Shown: piece after piece, positions 28,062 to 38,385 of the stretch | Layout of the letters: each line of letters begins with the position of its first letter | Position numbering within the stretch: the first letter of the stretch is position 1 | DNA from: Minisyncoccia bacterium | GTDB taxonomy: Bacteria; Patescibacteriota; Minisyncoccia; Phycocordibacterales; UBA918 | Length of the DNA: 64,000 nt | Assembly: GCA_046598345.1 (NCBI GenBank) | Contig: JBKJIT010000001.1 | Coordinates: forward strand, 108,251 to 172,250 | Direction of reading: 5' to 3' | The notes under the pieces: generated by a model | The model's database searches: none | What the model was told of the DNA's origin: nothing | Seen by the model: only the letters and a program-made list of their open reading frames with translations | Position numbers and translations under genes: made by a program

Positions 28062-29533
28062 TTAGTTGGTAGTTGTAACCTTATCTTTTAAATCTCCCTT
28101 TTCATAATATTCCTTTTCGCCTCCTATCGCATCGAAATCTGCTTTTTTGCCAGTTATGATACTTTCTGCTGCTGCAATTCCCATTTCGAGTGAATGATCC
28201 TGATTGTTGTAACGAAAACGGCCGGGACGCCCAATGTAAAACAGATTGCTGAAACGATCGAGAAAACCTTTGATGTGTCCGAGATTGGATTCGTAGTGTA
28301 GATCATAAATGGGGTACACGTCTTTTTGAGTGATGCGGTAATAAGTTCTCACCTCCTCTTTTTTCAAGAAGCCGGCTTTTTCGAGATGGGGAAGTATGTA
28401 CGCAAACAGTTCATCCTTATTCATAGACCAGACTGGCTCATCTTCAAAGCAGAAAAACTCAAGGAAGAGGGATGTTGTACCAGAGGGAGACATCCATGAA
28501 CTAAAATTTTTCATTTCTGACATTCGTGCGACAGGCACTTCTTTCTTGGGGAAATATATCCATTGATCTCTGGTCACGGATTCTTTGTTGAGCGTAATGA
28601 AGAGATATACTTGGTGCCGATATCGTAAATTTTTGAGGGCAGGCGGAACTTCTGGTGGAAGGGTAGTATCGAGAAGGTTTACAAAATTCACGATTGGTAT
28701 TGATTCAACTAGGTACTCACATTCAATCTCCAGCTCTTCTTCGCCGGCTCGTGCAATTACTTTGGTAATGCGGTTTTCTTCTATGCATATCTTTTGCACT
28801 TCGACATTGAACATAAAGAATACCCCTTTTGTTCCAGATTTTCTTGTATCGTCCGGTAAATAAGTCCCGTACCCTTACGAGGATAATAAAAGGTATCCAC
28901 AAGTGATTTTGGCTTATTTCGTGCCTTACTGGAGAATATTTTCAGTATCATGTCCTGCGCAATAGTACGGAGACTCAATCCTTTAATGCGTTGACCGGCC
29001 CAGTCGGGGTGAATGGTTGATGCGGGAATACCCCAGATCTTTTCTGTGTAGTTAATCATGTTGAACTCCCCCAATGTCCGACCAAAATTAGCGATCACAT
29101 AATCTTCAAAGTTTTTAATTTTCTTACCGAGAATGCCGTACTGCATCTTTGCTAGTGCGTAGTCGGTAAGGATGCGTATTGATGTAAAGAGTCCGATATT
29201 GCGCAGTGCCTGAATAGGATTCACCGGATAGTCATAAAATTTGCCATCAATGAACTGGCGAGTGTACCGATTAACGGTTATCCAGTCATCGTGGAGCACT
29301 TCTTCGATCATTTCGTACAGGTATGGATTTTTTGAAAAAAACCGATGGGGACCGTTGTCTGTATAAAAGGTTCCAACGTCTTCTTTGAAAGCATACGTTT
29401 TTGAAAGGCCTCCAACTTCAGAAGTCTTTTCCAGGACTAGGAATTTTTTACCAGCCTTTGCAAGCTCAAGTGCAGCGGCCATGCCTGCGGGCCCAGCGCC
29501 TATTATGAGCGTTTCTATCTTAATCCTGCGCAT
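28062..29533 (-). pseudogene. FAD-dependent oxidoreductase (amine-oxidase / phytoene-desaturase-like) split by a frameshift into two 250-aa ORFs (28781..29533 N-terminal half, 28062..28814 C-terminal half)
   Basis: The upstream ORF has the FAD dinucleotide motif IIGAGPAGMAAALELAKAG. The downstream ORF reads as the C-terminal substrate/FAD domain. The two ORFs overlap by 34 nt in different frames. Confidence 0.55.
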
Positions 29534-29701
29534 TATGTGTTTTTATAAAAAATGATGAGCTGTACATTATTCAAGCCTTCAATCTTCATGAATCGTTTCA
29601 TATGGTACTACGCAGCCAACACATTATCAATTTAAAACCTTTGTTTCGAATACATCTCGCAAAGAATATATGCGAATAGACATTTCCTTTCTGTTACATA
29701 C

Positions 29702-30151
29702 TTATTCTGCTGGAGTGGCGTGGGTATCTCGAAAAATCAAATACTTGTATATAAAAAAACTCCAAACAGCAATGGTCATCATGCAGGACATTTGGGCATA
29801 GATATCATACATCCCGAGTCGTTCCACAAAAACCACCATCAGTATGGTATTCATGTTGAGGTTTATCAGTGCCAGGACAAAGAAAAGACTGAATTGACCT
29901 GAGATGTTCTTGTCCCGATTCTCAAAGGTGACGTATTTTTGAAGTAAAAAGCTCACAATAACCGCTAATGTAAATGAAATCCCAGAAGCGAGAAGGTATT
30001 GAATATCAAAAATGCGCGACAGGATGTAGTAAACGATGAGTTGAAAAGTAGCCGCTGACCCTCCTGCAATAAGAAAAAGGATCAACCGTCGGAACTTCTT
30101 GATATTCCCAGTTATGAAATTACATATATTACCTGCATCCACACACAACAT
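29702..30151 (-). CDS. GtrA-like family membrane protein
   Basis: About 130-150 aa with 4 TM and GtrA-like hydrophobic pattern. Located in a glycan cluster. Start uncertain. Confidence 0.55.
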   Translation of the reverse strand: MLCVDAGNICNFITGNIKKFRRLILFLIAGGSAATFQLIVYYILSRIFDIQYLLASGISFTLAVIVSFLLQKYVTFENRDKNISGQFSLFFVLALINLNMNTILMVVFVERLGMYDIYAQMSCMMTIAVWSFFIYKYLIFRDTHATPAE

Positions 30152-30289
30152 TCTACTACAACTTCTACGCAGATGTTTTAATTATGTATGAATGGGGATG
30201 TGGGACTTTCGACGAGAGAACCTAATCTTTACTCACCGAGTTAAAGGTGGTAGTCTTCGTTCATAAACGTGACAAAATAAGGCTAAAAT

Positions 30290-31126
30290 ATGAAAATTGG
30301 ATTCATCGGACAAGGGTACGTTGGTAAAAACATAGCGAACGATTTTGAAGCACGTGGCCATGAAGTAGTCAGGTACTCTCTGGAGCCGGAATATATTTTG
30401 AATATGGATAAAATCCAGACGTGCGATATTGTCTTTATTGCTGTTCCCACACCCACAACCCCGGATGGTTTTGATTATTCAATAATTGAACAATCACTTC
30501 CGCTATGTAGGGAAGGGGCCAAAGTTGTTCTCAAATCAACACTGCTTCCAGGTACAACGGAAAAACTACAAAAGCTGTTTCCCCAGCTTTGCATACTTTT
30601 TTCGCCTGAATTTTTGTGTGAAGCGACGGCTGCTCATGATGCGGCAAACCCAGTCTTCAATATCATTGGGAGTCCTACGAACACAGCACTTCACGAAGAT
30701 GCTGCCAAAGAAATTATGAGCATTCTTCCTAAAGCTCAGCATTCCTTTCAAACGACCGCAACAGCAGCGGAGCTTTTTAAATATGTACACAACATTCAGG
30801 GGTATATGCGGGTCATTCTTTCGAACCTTTTTTATGACACCGCCACAACACTTGGCGTTGAGTGGGAAGACGTCCGTCGTATGATGGATGTGGACCCTAT
30901 GATGTCGCCGTACTACAACTCCCCGCTCCATAAGAGTGGTCGTGGCGCAGGAGGGCATTGTTTTATTAAAGACATGGCAGCATTTAGGATGCTCTATGAA
31001 AAGGCACTCCCTGAGGATGCTCTCGGTATTGAGGTATTCAAAGCCCTTGAAAGTAAGAACCTGGAGCTTTTAGCCTCCACTAACAAGGACCAGGGTCTTG
31101 TGAACGGGGTGTATGGACAAGATTAA
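30290..31126 (+). CDS. UDP-glucose/GDP-mannose dehydrogenase-family protein, short form (278 aa) lacking the C-terminal UDP-binding domain
   Basis: N-terminal MKIGFIGQGYVG Rossmann. Catalytic-Cys motif GGHCFIKD near residue 230. The ORF stops about 45 aa later, whereas full-length Ugd is about 430 aa. Confidence 0.65.
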   Translation: MKIGFIGQGYVGKNIANDFEARGHEVVRYSLEPEYILNMDKIQTCDIVFIAVPTPTTPDGFDYSIIEQSLPLCREGAKVVLKSTLLPGTTEKLQKLFPQLCILFSPEFLCEATAAHDAANPVFNIIGSPTNTALHEDAAKEIMSILPKAQHSFQTTATAAELFKYVHNIQGYMRVILSNLFYDTATTLGVEWEDVRRMMDVDPMMSPYYNSPLHKSGRGAGGHCFIKDMAAFRMLYEKALPEDALGIEVFKALESKNLELLASTNKDQGLVNGVYGQD

Positions 31127-31193
31127 GATTGAATAGAATATTTTCTGAAAGGAATGTGTTATAAAGAGAGTGCTATTAAAATAAAATTAACTC

Positions 31194-31778
31194 ATGCCGA
31201 AGATTGATTGGGAGGTGAATACAGTAAAAAATATATTTACAAGGAATGACCTATGGCCATGGAAGGATGACGAACTAGATTCTGTGTTGGATGTTGCTTG
31301 TGGTTTGTCATTTAAATCCAAGTTTATCCCTGCGAAAATTCGAGTGGGAGTTGATATATTTGAAAAATATTTCGATCATATTGAAACTGATGTGCCTTAT
31401 GTCGTTATAAAACACGACGTTCGTCGACTGAGTGAAATTTTTCTGCCTAAAAGCTTTGATCTCGTCATTGCTTTGGATATCATTGAACATCTCGAAAAGG
31501 AGGAGTCACTTGCTATGATCAGAGAGTGTGAGAAAATTGCTCGTAAGGCAGTAATTCTTGAAACACCGAAAGGATATGTACCACAAAATCTTGATATACA
31601 GGGTCATGGAGGTCATGAATTCCAGACACACCGATGCGGATGGGAAAAGGAAGAGTTAGAATCTTTGGGGTATAAGGTAATAGTAAGAGATTATGTCATG
31701 AGCAATGTTCAAAGACATACGGAACTAGATGTGGATCCTCATATCCAACTCATGGACGGCATTAAATTTATTCAATGA
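31194..31778 (+). CDS. class I SAM-dependent methyltransferase
   Basis: Motif I VLDVACG and post-I LVIALDIIEHL. Confidence 0.6.
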   Translation: MPKIDWEVNTVKNIFTRNDLWPWKDDELDSVLDVACGLSFKSKFIPAKIRVGVDIFEKYFDHIETDVPYVVIKHDVRRLSEIFLPKSFDLVIALDIIEHLEKEESLAMIRECEKIARKAVILETPKGYVPQNLDIQGHGGHEFQTHRCGWEKEELESLGYKVIVRDYVMSNVQRHTELDVDPHIQLMDGIKFIQ

Positions 31779-31782
31779 ACTC

Positions 31783-32736
31783 ATGGCACGAATTCTGATT
31801 ACTGGATCTAAGGGCGTAATAGGCACCTTTCTCACTGATTTCTTAACAAAGAGGGGGCATAGTATTTTCGGTATTGATCTTACTCATGGATTTGGAGAGG
31901 TGGGGTGGGAACATGCTATGGCAAAGAATGAGTTTACTTATTCTCGCTGTGATGTGAGCGACTTTCGACAACTCGAGCGTGTCTTTGAAGAAGCGGGGCC
32001 TTTTGATTTTGTGTATCACACCGCAGCAGAATTTGGTAGGTGGAATGGGGAAGATTTTTATGAACAACTCTGGCGAAGTAACGCAATTGGTACTAAAAAT
32101 ATTATTCGCCTTCAAGAAAAATTGAAGTTTAAATTAATTCACTTTTCTTCTTCGGAAGTATATGGAGATTTCCCTGGAATTATGGAGGAATCGGTAATGG
32201 ATACTGTAGAAATTAAACAAATGAATGATTACGCATTAACTAAATGGGTTAATGAACAACAAATTCGAAATTCTGTAATTAAAAATCAAACGGATAGTGT
32301 TATCGTCCGACTTTTCAACACGTATGGTCCGGGAGAGTGGTATCACCCGTACCGCAGCGTAAATTGTAAATTTACCTACCATGCTCTTCATGGTCTTCCG
32401 GTCACCGTCTATAAGAACCATACACGCACCTCTACCTACCTTGAGGATACATGTAATACACTCTCAAACATCGTTGATAACTTTATACCCAATTCAGTTT
32501 ATAATATTGGAGGCCGAGAATTGCATAACATGGAAACTCTAGTGGAGCTGATCTGGAAATACACTGGTGCTAATGTTGACCTCATAACTTACGCGGAATC
32601 AGAGATCCTTACAACAAAAGACAAAGTAGTGGACGTAAGCAAATCTGAACGTGATCTGCAGCATAAGAACAGTGTTACCTTAGAAGAAGGTGTCAAAAGG
32701 ACGGTGGACTGGATGCGTACGTTTTATGGCATGTAG
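31783..32736 (+). CDS. NAD-dependent epimerase/dehydratase
   Basis: MARILITGSKGVIG Rossmann. SDR fold. Track ORF 31729 trimmed to the first ATG after the upstream stop. Confidence 0.7.
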   Translation: MARILITGSKGVIGTFLTDFLTKRGHSIFGIDLTHGFGEVGWEHAMAKNEFTYSRCDVSDFRQLERVFEEAGPFDFVYHTAAEFGRWNGEDFYEQLWRSNAIGTKNIIRLQEKLKFKLIHFSSSEVYGDFPGIMEESVMDTVEIKQMNDYALTKWVNEQQIRNSVIKNQTDSVIVRLFNTYGPGEWYHPYRSVNCKFTYHALHGLPVTVYKNHTRTSTYLEDTCNTLSNIVDNFIPNSVYNIGGRELHNMETLVELIWKYTGANVDLITYAESEILTTKDKVVDVSKSERDLQHKNSVTLEEGVKRTVDWMRTFYGM

Positions 32737-32763
32737 CTATTAAAAGGTGGTTCGTCGCAATCT

Positions 32764-33885
32764 ATGCATATAGTTTACGTTGCTAACAGTCGCTTCCCAA
32801 GTGAACGGGCGCATATGACGCAGATAGTGCATATGTGTAATGCATTTGCTGAGAATGGGCACGAGGTCACTCTACTTGTAACTGATCGAAAGACTAATAT
32901 TGTTGAAGATCCGGAGACTTTTTTTGGTGTTCCCCTTACATTTTCGATAGAGCGGATCCAAGTTCCAGATATTGCAGGCCGCGCAAAAGACATACCTATA
33001 TTTCTGAGACCTCTTGCGTTCATGATTCAACGTCTCGTATTTACATTAAGGGCAAAAAAATACATAGAAAGAGAATCGTTTGATCTTATTTATGGACGCG
33101 ACGAATGGATTTTGTATTCCTTGAGCATACTTCAGAGTGTAAAAATAATTTGGGAATCTCACGAAGCGAAATATTCATTTCCTGCTCGTCTGCTTATTCC
33201 TCATGTTAAAAAACTAGTAGTTATCTCTGAGGGTATTTATACATTTTATATCAGTAAAGGAGTCTCAAACCAGAAAATGATTGTTGCGCATGATGCGGTG
33301 GATGCCCGTTTTTTTGACCCGCATATACCAAAAGATGAAGCCCGAAAAATGCTTGGCATTGCCACGACCAAGCCCGTCGTTATGTACATCGGAGGACTCG
33401 AGTCCTGGAAGGGAGTCGAAACACTTCTGAAAGCAGGGGATCAGTCAGATGCCTTTGAAGTCCATATTGTGGGTGGTAAAGAAAACGAGCTTTTGAAATA
33501 TCGTAAAATATATCCAAACGCTCACTTTCATGGCCCTTGGTTCTATCGAGAACTTCCAAAAATCCAACAGGCAGCTGATATTCTCGTGATTCCAAATACT
33601 GCAAAAGTGGCTCTCTCTGCAGAATATACATCACCCCTCAAGCTTTTTACATACATGACTTCAGGAAAGCCTATTGTTGCATCAAAAATTCCAAGTATTG
33701 CAAACATCCTGTCGGAGGAAGAAGTTTTTTTCTTTGAGCCTGATGATCCTGAGTCACTCTTTACAATCATACTTTCAGCAATCCAAAACAGCAGAGATGC
33801 TAAGGAGAGAACGGAGAGAGCCTACAGCAAGAGTTTCAAGTATACTTGGATACGACGTGCGGAAGAAATTACTAAATCCCTATAG
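32764..33885 (+). CDS. glycosyltransferase family 4
   Basis: GT-B architecture with VMYIGGLESWKG and C-terminal lysine/glutamate motifs. Confidence 0.7.
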   Translation: MHIVYVANSRFPSERAHMTQIVHMCNAFAENGHEVTLLVTDRKTNIVEDPETFFGVPLTFSIERIQVPDIAGRAKDIPIFLRPLAFMIQRLVFTLRAKKYIERESFDLIYGRDEWILYSLSILQSVKIIWESHEAKYSFPARLLIPHVKKLVVISEGIYTFYISKGVSNQKMIVAHDAVDARFFDPHIPKDEARKMLGIATTKPVVMYIGGLESWKGVETLLKAGDQSDAFEVHIVGGKENELLKYRKIYPNAHFHGPWFYRELPKIQQAADILVIPNTAKVALSAEYTSPLKLFTYMTSGKPIVASKIPSIANILSEEEVFFFEPDDPESLFTIILSAIQNSRDAKERTERAYSKSFKYTWIRRAEEITKSL

Positions 33886-34702
33886 TATGTTTCATATAAA
33901 TCTTGTCTTTAAAATACTCCCCAGACTTTCTGAGCGGTTAAGTAACTCGTTTTTTCAAACTGTGCGTCTGTACCTAAAATTTTTACTATTTTTAATCTCT
34001 AAGAAACTGCATAAGAAAGCTTCTCCATGGAGATTCGAATTTTATTTTGAAGGCAAAGAACTTAGAATAAAATTATTTGAAGGCAGTCCTGACATCGCTG
34101 CACTTGCTGAAATCTTTTTAGACGGAGAGTACGATTGGGATAGTATTAAAGAACCACAGATTATTATTGATCTTGGAGCACATACAGGAAACACTGCACT
34201 CTATTTTCACGCAAAATATCCGAATGCAGTAATTTATGCAGTTGAAGCATCGCCTCAAACCTTTTCGCATCTATTAGAAAATGTGCATGGTATAGCACAA
34301 ATAAAGCCCATCTTCGGAGCCATCTCAGACAGGAACGGAAAGATAACTTTTTATGAGTCGGAGAGTAGTTTAGGAAGTTCAATTTATAAACGAGCTAACA
34401 GTGTCGGGGTCGAGGTTCCCACATTCACATTAGACAGTCTCTTTTTGAAAGAAGGCTTAGGAAGAGCGGATTTTATAAAAATTGATATTGAAGGGGGCGA
34501 AGGGGATATCTTTCTCAGGGATTTACCTGAGAAATACGCTGAATGGTATATAGTCGAGGTTCACTCAGACCTTATGACAGAGCGTGTTGATTTCATACAG
34601 AGATTTTTCGCGAAATATGAGACCTTAACTAAATCTCTTGCCACCAAAGATCGCTATTTGCTGTATGCAAAGGCGACAATAACGAATGAAATAACCATGT
34701 AA
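33886..34702 (+). CDS. FkbM-family methyltransferase
   Basis: IIIDLGAHTGNTALYF and FIKIDIEGGEGDIF are FkbM-domain hallmarks. Start set at the ATG immediately after the upstream stop. Confidence 0.7.
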
Positions 34703-34737
34703 CTTTAGAGGAATGGGGTGTGTTATTATTGGAACCC

Positions 34738-35784
34738 ATGCAGCATATACTTATTACAGGAGGGGCAGGTTTTATCGGAGTGAACGCTACTCGGCGTTTT
34801 TTAAGAGACGGGTGGAAGGTTACTATTTTTGACAATTTGTCTCGAAAAGGCTCTGACATTAACTTAAGGCATTTGGAAATGGAAAATCACAAAAATCTTT
34901 TTGTGATGATTAATGATATTCGTACCGACAGAGAGGCGCTGAATCAGATTGCATCAGAATGTGATGTAATCCTACATCTTGCTGCACAGGTTGCGGTCAC
35001 CACCTCGATCATCGACCCTCAAACTGACTTCGACATTAACATATTAGGTACATTCAATGTCCTTGAAGCAGCGCGCAAAAGTGAGCGCAAGCCGCTCGTG
35101 ATTTATGCGTCAACGAACAAGGTCTTTGGAGCACTTGAAAATTATCCAGTGCGAGAAATGGAGACACGCTTTGAGTTTGAGCACGACCACTTCCATACGC
35201 ATGGAGTTCCTGGTGATCATCCACTCGATTTCCATTCTCCCTATGGCTGTTCGAAAGGCGCAGCTGATCAGTACGTGGTCGATTATGCACGCATCTATGG
35301 TCTAAACACTGTAGTTTTTCGGCAATCATGCATTTATGGTACCAATCAATTTGGAGTTGAAGATCAGGGATGGTTAGCATGGTTTGCTATTGCAACCATG
35401 TTGGGTAGACCTCTTACCCTCTACGGAACGGGCAAGCAGGTTCGTGACGCGCTCTTTGTCGATGATCTTGTTGATTTGTATGTCCATGCAGTTACAAATC
35501 GTGTTTCCATGAATGGAAATGCCTATGTGGTAGGTGGAGGTCCGAACAATACGCTCTCGCTACTAGAACTTTTGGATATGATTGAGAAAAAACTTCAAAA
35601 GAGGCCAGTTACAACTCTCGCTGCGATTCGCGCCGGCGATCAACCTATATTTGTGGCGGATGTACGAGCGCTTGAAAAAGATTTTAATTGGAAACCGCAG
35701 ATCACTGTGCACGAAGGTGTAGATCGCATGATTGAATGGATGCACGAACATGAGGCTGATATTAGAAAACTTTTTCAGGCTTAA
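34738..35784 (+). CDS. NAD-dependent epimerase/dehydratase (CDP-paratose 2-epimerase-like)
   Basis: ILITGGAGFIGVNA. SDR catalytic YGCSK. Confidence 0.8.
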   Translation: MQHILITGGAGFIGVNATRRFLRDGWKVTIFDNLSRKGSDINLRHLEMENHKNLFVMINDIRTDREALNQIASECDVILHLAAQVAVTTSIIDPQTDFDINILGTFNVLEAARKSERKPLVIYASTNKVFGALENYPVREMETRFEFEHDHFHTHGVPGDHPLDFHSPYGCSKGAADQYVVDYARIYGLNTVVFRQSCIYGTNQFGVEDQGWLAWFAIATMLGRPLTLYGTGKQVRDALFVDDLVDLYVHAVTNRVSMNGNAYVVGGGPNNTLSLLELLDMIEKKLQKRPVTTLAAIRAGDQPIFVADVRALEKDFNWKPQITVHEGVDRMIEWMHEHEADIRKLFQA

Positions 35785-35799
35785 TTTTCTCCCTAACGC

Positions 35800-36972
35800 A
35801 TGAACGTACTCCTGAGCTCGTCAACTATTGATCGTTCAAATGGGTATGGAAATATAACATATGAATTTTCTCGTTCTCTTGTTGAAAAGGGAGTCAGTGT
35901 AACTCTTCTGCTTCCTCGAGATACAAGGGACGAAATACCTGTGATTTCGGGTCTCAAAATTGAGAGAATATTACCACCGTACCTATTTCAGGCAATTCGC
36001 CCCAAGCTGTTTGAATACCTCCTATGGAAGTATGACAATAAGAGTAAATTTGATATTGTACATTCTCTTTTTGAAACCCCGTATGCTCCACTCATGGCCC
36101 GTGAGTCAAGGCGCCGTAAGATACCATTTGTAATGGGGGCACAGGGAACCTACGGAGTAAAACCCCTTACTGAGCAGCCTGAACGCTTCCTTCTGAAATA
36201 CGCGTATAGGACGGCAAAAACAATTATTGTACCGAGCGCGTATACTAAAAAGACTATCCTGAAGGAATCTGGTGAAAATTACGACATCACAGTGATTCAT
36301 AACGGTGTTGACTTTGACCGCTTCAACACCGCTACGGAAACCGGTGTAGAAATCAGAAAGCAATATCCGGGCAAGCAACTATTACTTACCGTTGGTCAGC
36401 TTAAAAATAGAAAGGGACAAGACATGGTGATAAAGGCACTTCCGGCAATTTTGAAACAGCACCCCGATACGATGTATCTTCTCGTGGGTGACGATGGTTG
36501 GAATGGGTATCTAAATCGTCTTGCGCAAGAGGTGGGTGTCTCTGACCATGTGGTATTTGTGGGCTCGGTAGCTGGGAAAGATGTACCAAAATACTTTCAT
36601 GGATGTGATGTCTATGTGCACACTGCACGCATTTCGGGAAAATATTATTTCGAGGGTTTTGGCATCGTGTATCTTGAGGCAGCTGCGTGTGGCAAGCCAT
36701 CCGTTGGTACCGACGCAGGAGGTATTACAGATGCCCTTCTTCATGAAAAAACTGGTTTTGTTGCAGAAAATGAGAATATTGAACAAGTAGCAGATTACAT
36801 AAATAAACTTCTGAGTGATCAGTACTTGCGTAAAAAGATGGGAAACGAGGCACAAGAGTATGCACGTCTTCATAGGTGGAGTCACATCACAGAGCAATAC
36901 CTAAAAGTATATGAAGATATTCTTAAAAAGGATCCTGTTCGAAAGACTATGAGTTATGGTAATTTAGTATAG
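35800..36972 (+). CDS. glycosyltransferase family 4
   Basis: EGFGIVYLEAAACGKPSVGTDAGGITDALLHEKTGFV. Confidence 0.8.
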   Translation: MNVLLSSSTIDRSNGYGNITYEFSRSLVEKGVSVTLLLPRDTRDEIPVISGLKIERILPPYLFQAIRPKLFEYLLWKYDNKSKFDIVHSLFETPYAPLMARESRRRKIPFVMGAQGTYGVKPLTEQPERFLLKYAYRTAKTIIVPSAYTKKTILKESGENYDITVIHNGVDFDRFNTATETGVEIRKQYPGKQLLLTVGQLKNRKGQDMVIKALPAILKQHPDTMYLLVGDDGWNGYLNRLAQEVGVSDHVVFVGSVAGKDVPKYFHGCDVYVHTARISGKYYFEGFGIVYLEAAACGKPSVGTDAGGITDALLHEKTGFVAENENIEQVADYINKLLSDQYLRKKMGNEAQEYARLHRWSHITEQYLKVYEDILKKDPVRKTMSYGNLV

Positions 36973-36975
36973 TCT

Positions 36976-37638
36976 ATGAGAATTCCCGAAAATATTAAAC
37001 GTTCACTTAGGCCTCTGTATGTCCCGATTACTAGTTGGTATTACAATACTTTCAAAGCTCCAAAGCGATATCATCATCTTTATGACACGATTCGTGCAAT
37101 TTCTGCAAAGAGTATTCTCGAAGTAGGGGTATGGAATGGCGGACGTGCGGTGAGAATGATCGAAGTTGCCAAAGAGCAGACTTCTCAGGTTTCGTACTTC
37201 GGTTATGATCTTTTCGAAGACTTAGGAGAAGTTGGGTACATCGCAGAGCTTTCAAAACGACCACCTACAGAACGTGAAGTTGCTGCACTTCTAAAAGCAA
37301 CTGGAGCAGAAGTCAAGCTTTTTCGTGGAAATACACTGGAGACGCTCTGTGTCTCAGTCGAGACACTTCCAAAGATTGACTTCGTCTTTATTGATGGGGG
37401 ACACAGTGTAAAAACGATTGCGAGTGACTGGAGCTATATAGAAAAAGTATTGCATAATAACTCAGTGGTTATTTTTGATGATTACTGGCGCAATCGCAGC
37501 GATGCCGGCTGTAAAGCCATTGTTGATGCTATCGATCGGTCTCAATACAATGTGGAGATCTTACCGGAAATAGATTCTTTTAATAATCCCGATTTCGGCA
37601 GATTAGAAATTAGTTTTGCTAAAGTAACCAAAAAATAG
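36976..37638 (+). CDS. class I SAM-dependent O-methyltransferase (TylF/MycF / Methyltransf_24-like)
   Basis: ILEVGVWNGGRAV and FVFIDGGHSVKTIASD / VVIFDDY motifs. Confidence 0.65.
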   Translation: MRIPENIKRSLRPLYVPITSWYYNTFKAPKRYHHLYDTIRAISAKSILEVGVWNGGRAVRMIEVAKEQTSQVSYFGYDLFEDLGEVGYIAELSKRPPTEREVAALLKATGAEVKLFRGNTLETLCVSVETLPKIDFVFIDGGHSVKTIASDWSYIEKVLHNNSVVIFDDYWRNRSDAGCKAIVDAIDRSQYNVEILPEIDSFNNPDFGRLEISFAKVTKK

Positions 37639-38385
37639 TTACGGTTTACGAATTACAAATTGGTCATTTTTCACCTCAAGTCTATTTTTCAAACCCTTCC
37701 TTTCCACGAATTCATACAATGCTTTCTGTACATCTGGGAGCCGATAATCGTCGCCACTAAGAATGCCGCCTGATTTTGTTTTCTCGTAGTATATCTTTAT
37801 ATCATTGAGCACATACTCGTAGTCATGATTGCCATCAATGTAGACAAAATCAAAATAGTTATCCGGGAAATGCACGGCTGCCTCTGTTGAGGTCTCACGG
37901 CGTATCTTTACTTTTTGGGTATTTATTTCATTTTGAAACATATTTATGACTTGCTTATATCGAGAATCTTGTGCTTCTTGAGTATATTTACCGATTTTCT
38001 TTTTATCAAAGTAGTTTTCCTTAGTGAAATAGAACCAGGGATCAATAAGTACAAGTTCTGATGGATTGCATATCTCATAGATACGTTTAGAAAAATCGCC
38101 TGTCCAAACCCCCACTTCGCAGCATTTTCCATTTTTAGGTACTCGCTTTAAGATGAAATCTCTGGGATAAGGTAAGAAGGAATTTATGTAACGGTATATT
38201 CCTCTGAAATATGGCTTAATGTAGGTTTTAATAAAGTGGTTTTCATTTGCATACGTGAGCAAAATTGCGCGCAATTTGTAATCATTGCGATATACCGCAT
38301 TGTTTTTGCTAGTTTTTTTGTCCATACATACATTATATATTATTATGTAAAGATTGAGTTTTCCATTGAAACAATTATGAATCAC
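37639..38385 (-). CDS. class I SAM-dependent methyltransferase (Methyltransf_24-like paralog); start possibly the internal Met (MDKKTS, about 38325)
   Basis: CCEVGVWTGDFS, FVYIDGNHDYEY, GGILSGDDY. Confidence 0.6.
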   Translation of the reverse strand: MIHNCFNGKLNLYIIIYNVCMDKKTSKNNAVYRNDYKLRAILLTYANENHFIKTYIKPYFRGIYRYINSFLPYPRDFILKRVPKNGKCCEVGVWTGDFSKRIYEICNPSELVLIDPWFYFTKENYFDKKKIGKYTQEAQDSRYKQVINMFQNEINTQKVKIRRETSTEAAVHFPDNYFDFVYIDGNHDYEYVLNDIKIYYEKTKSGGILSGDDYRLPDVQKALYEFVERKGLKNRLEVKNDQFVIRKP

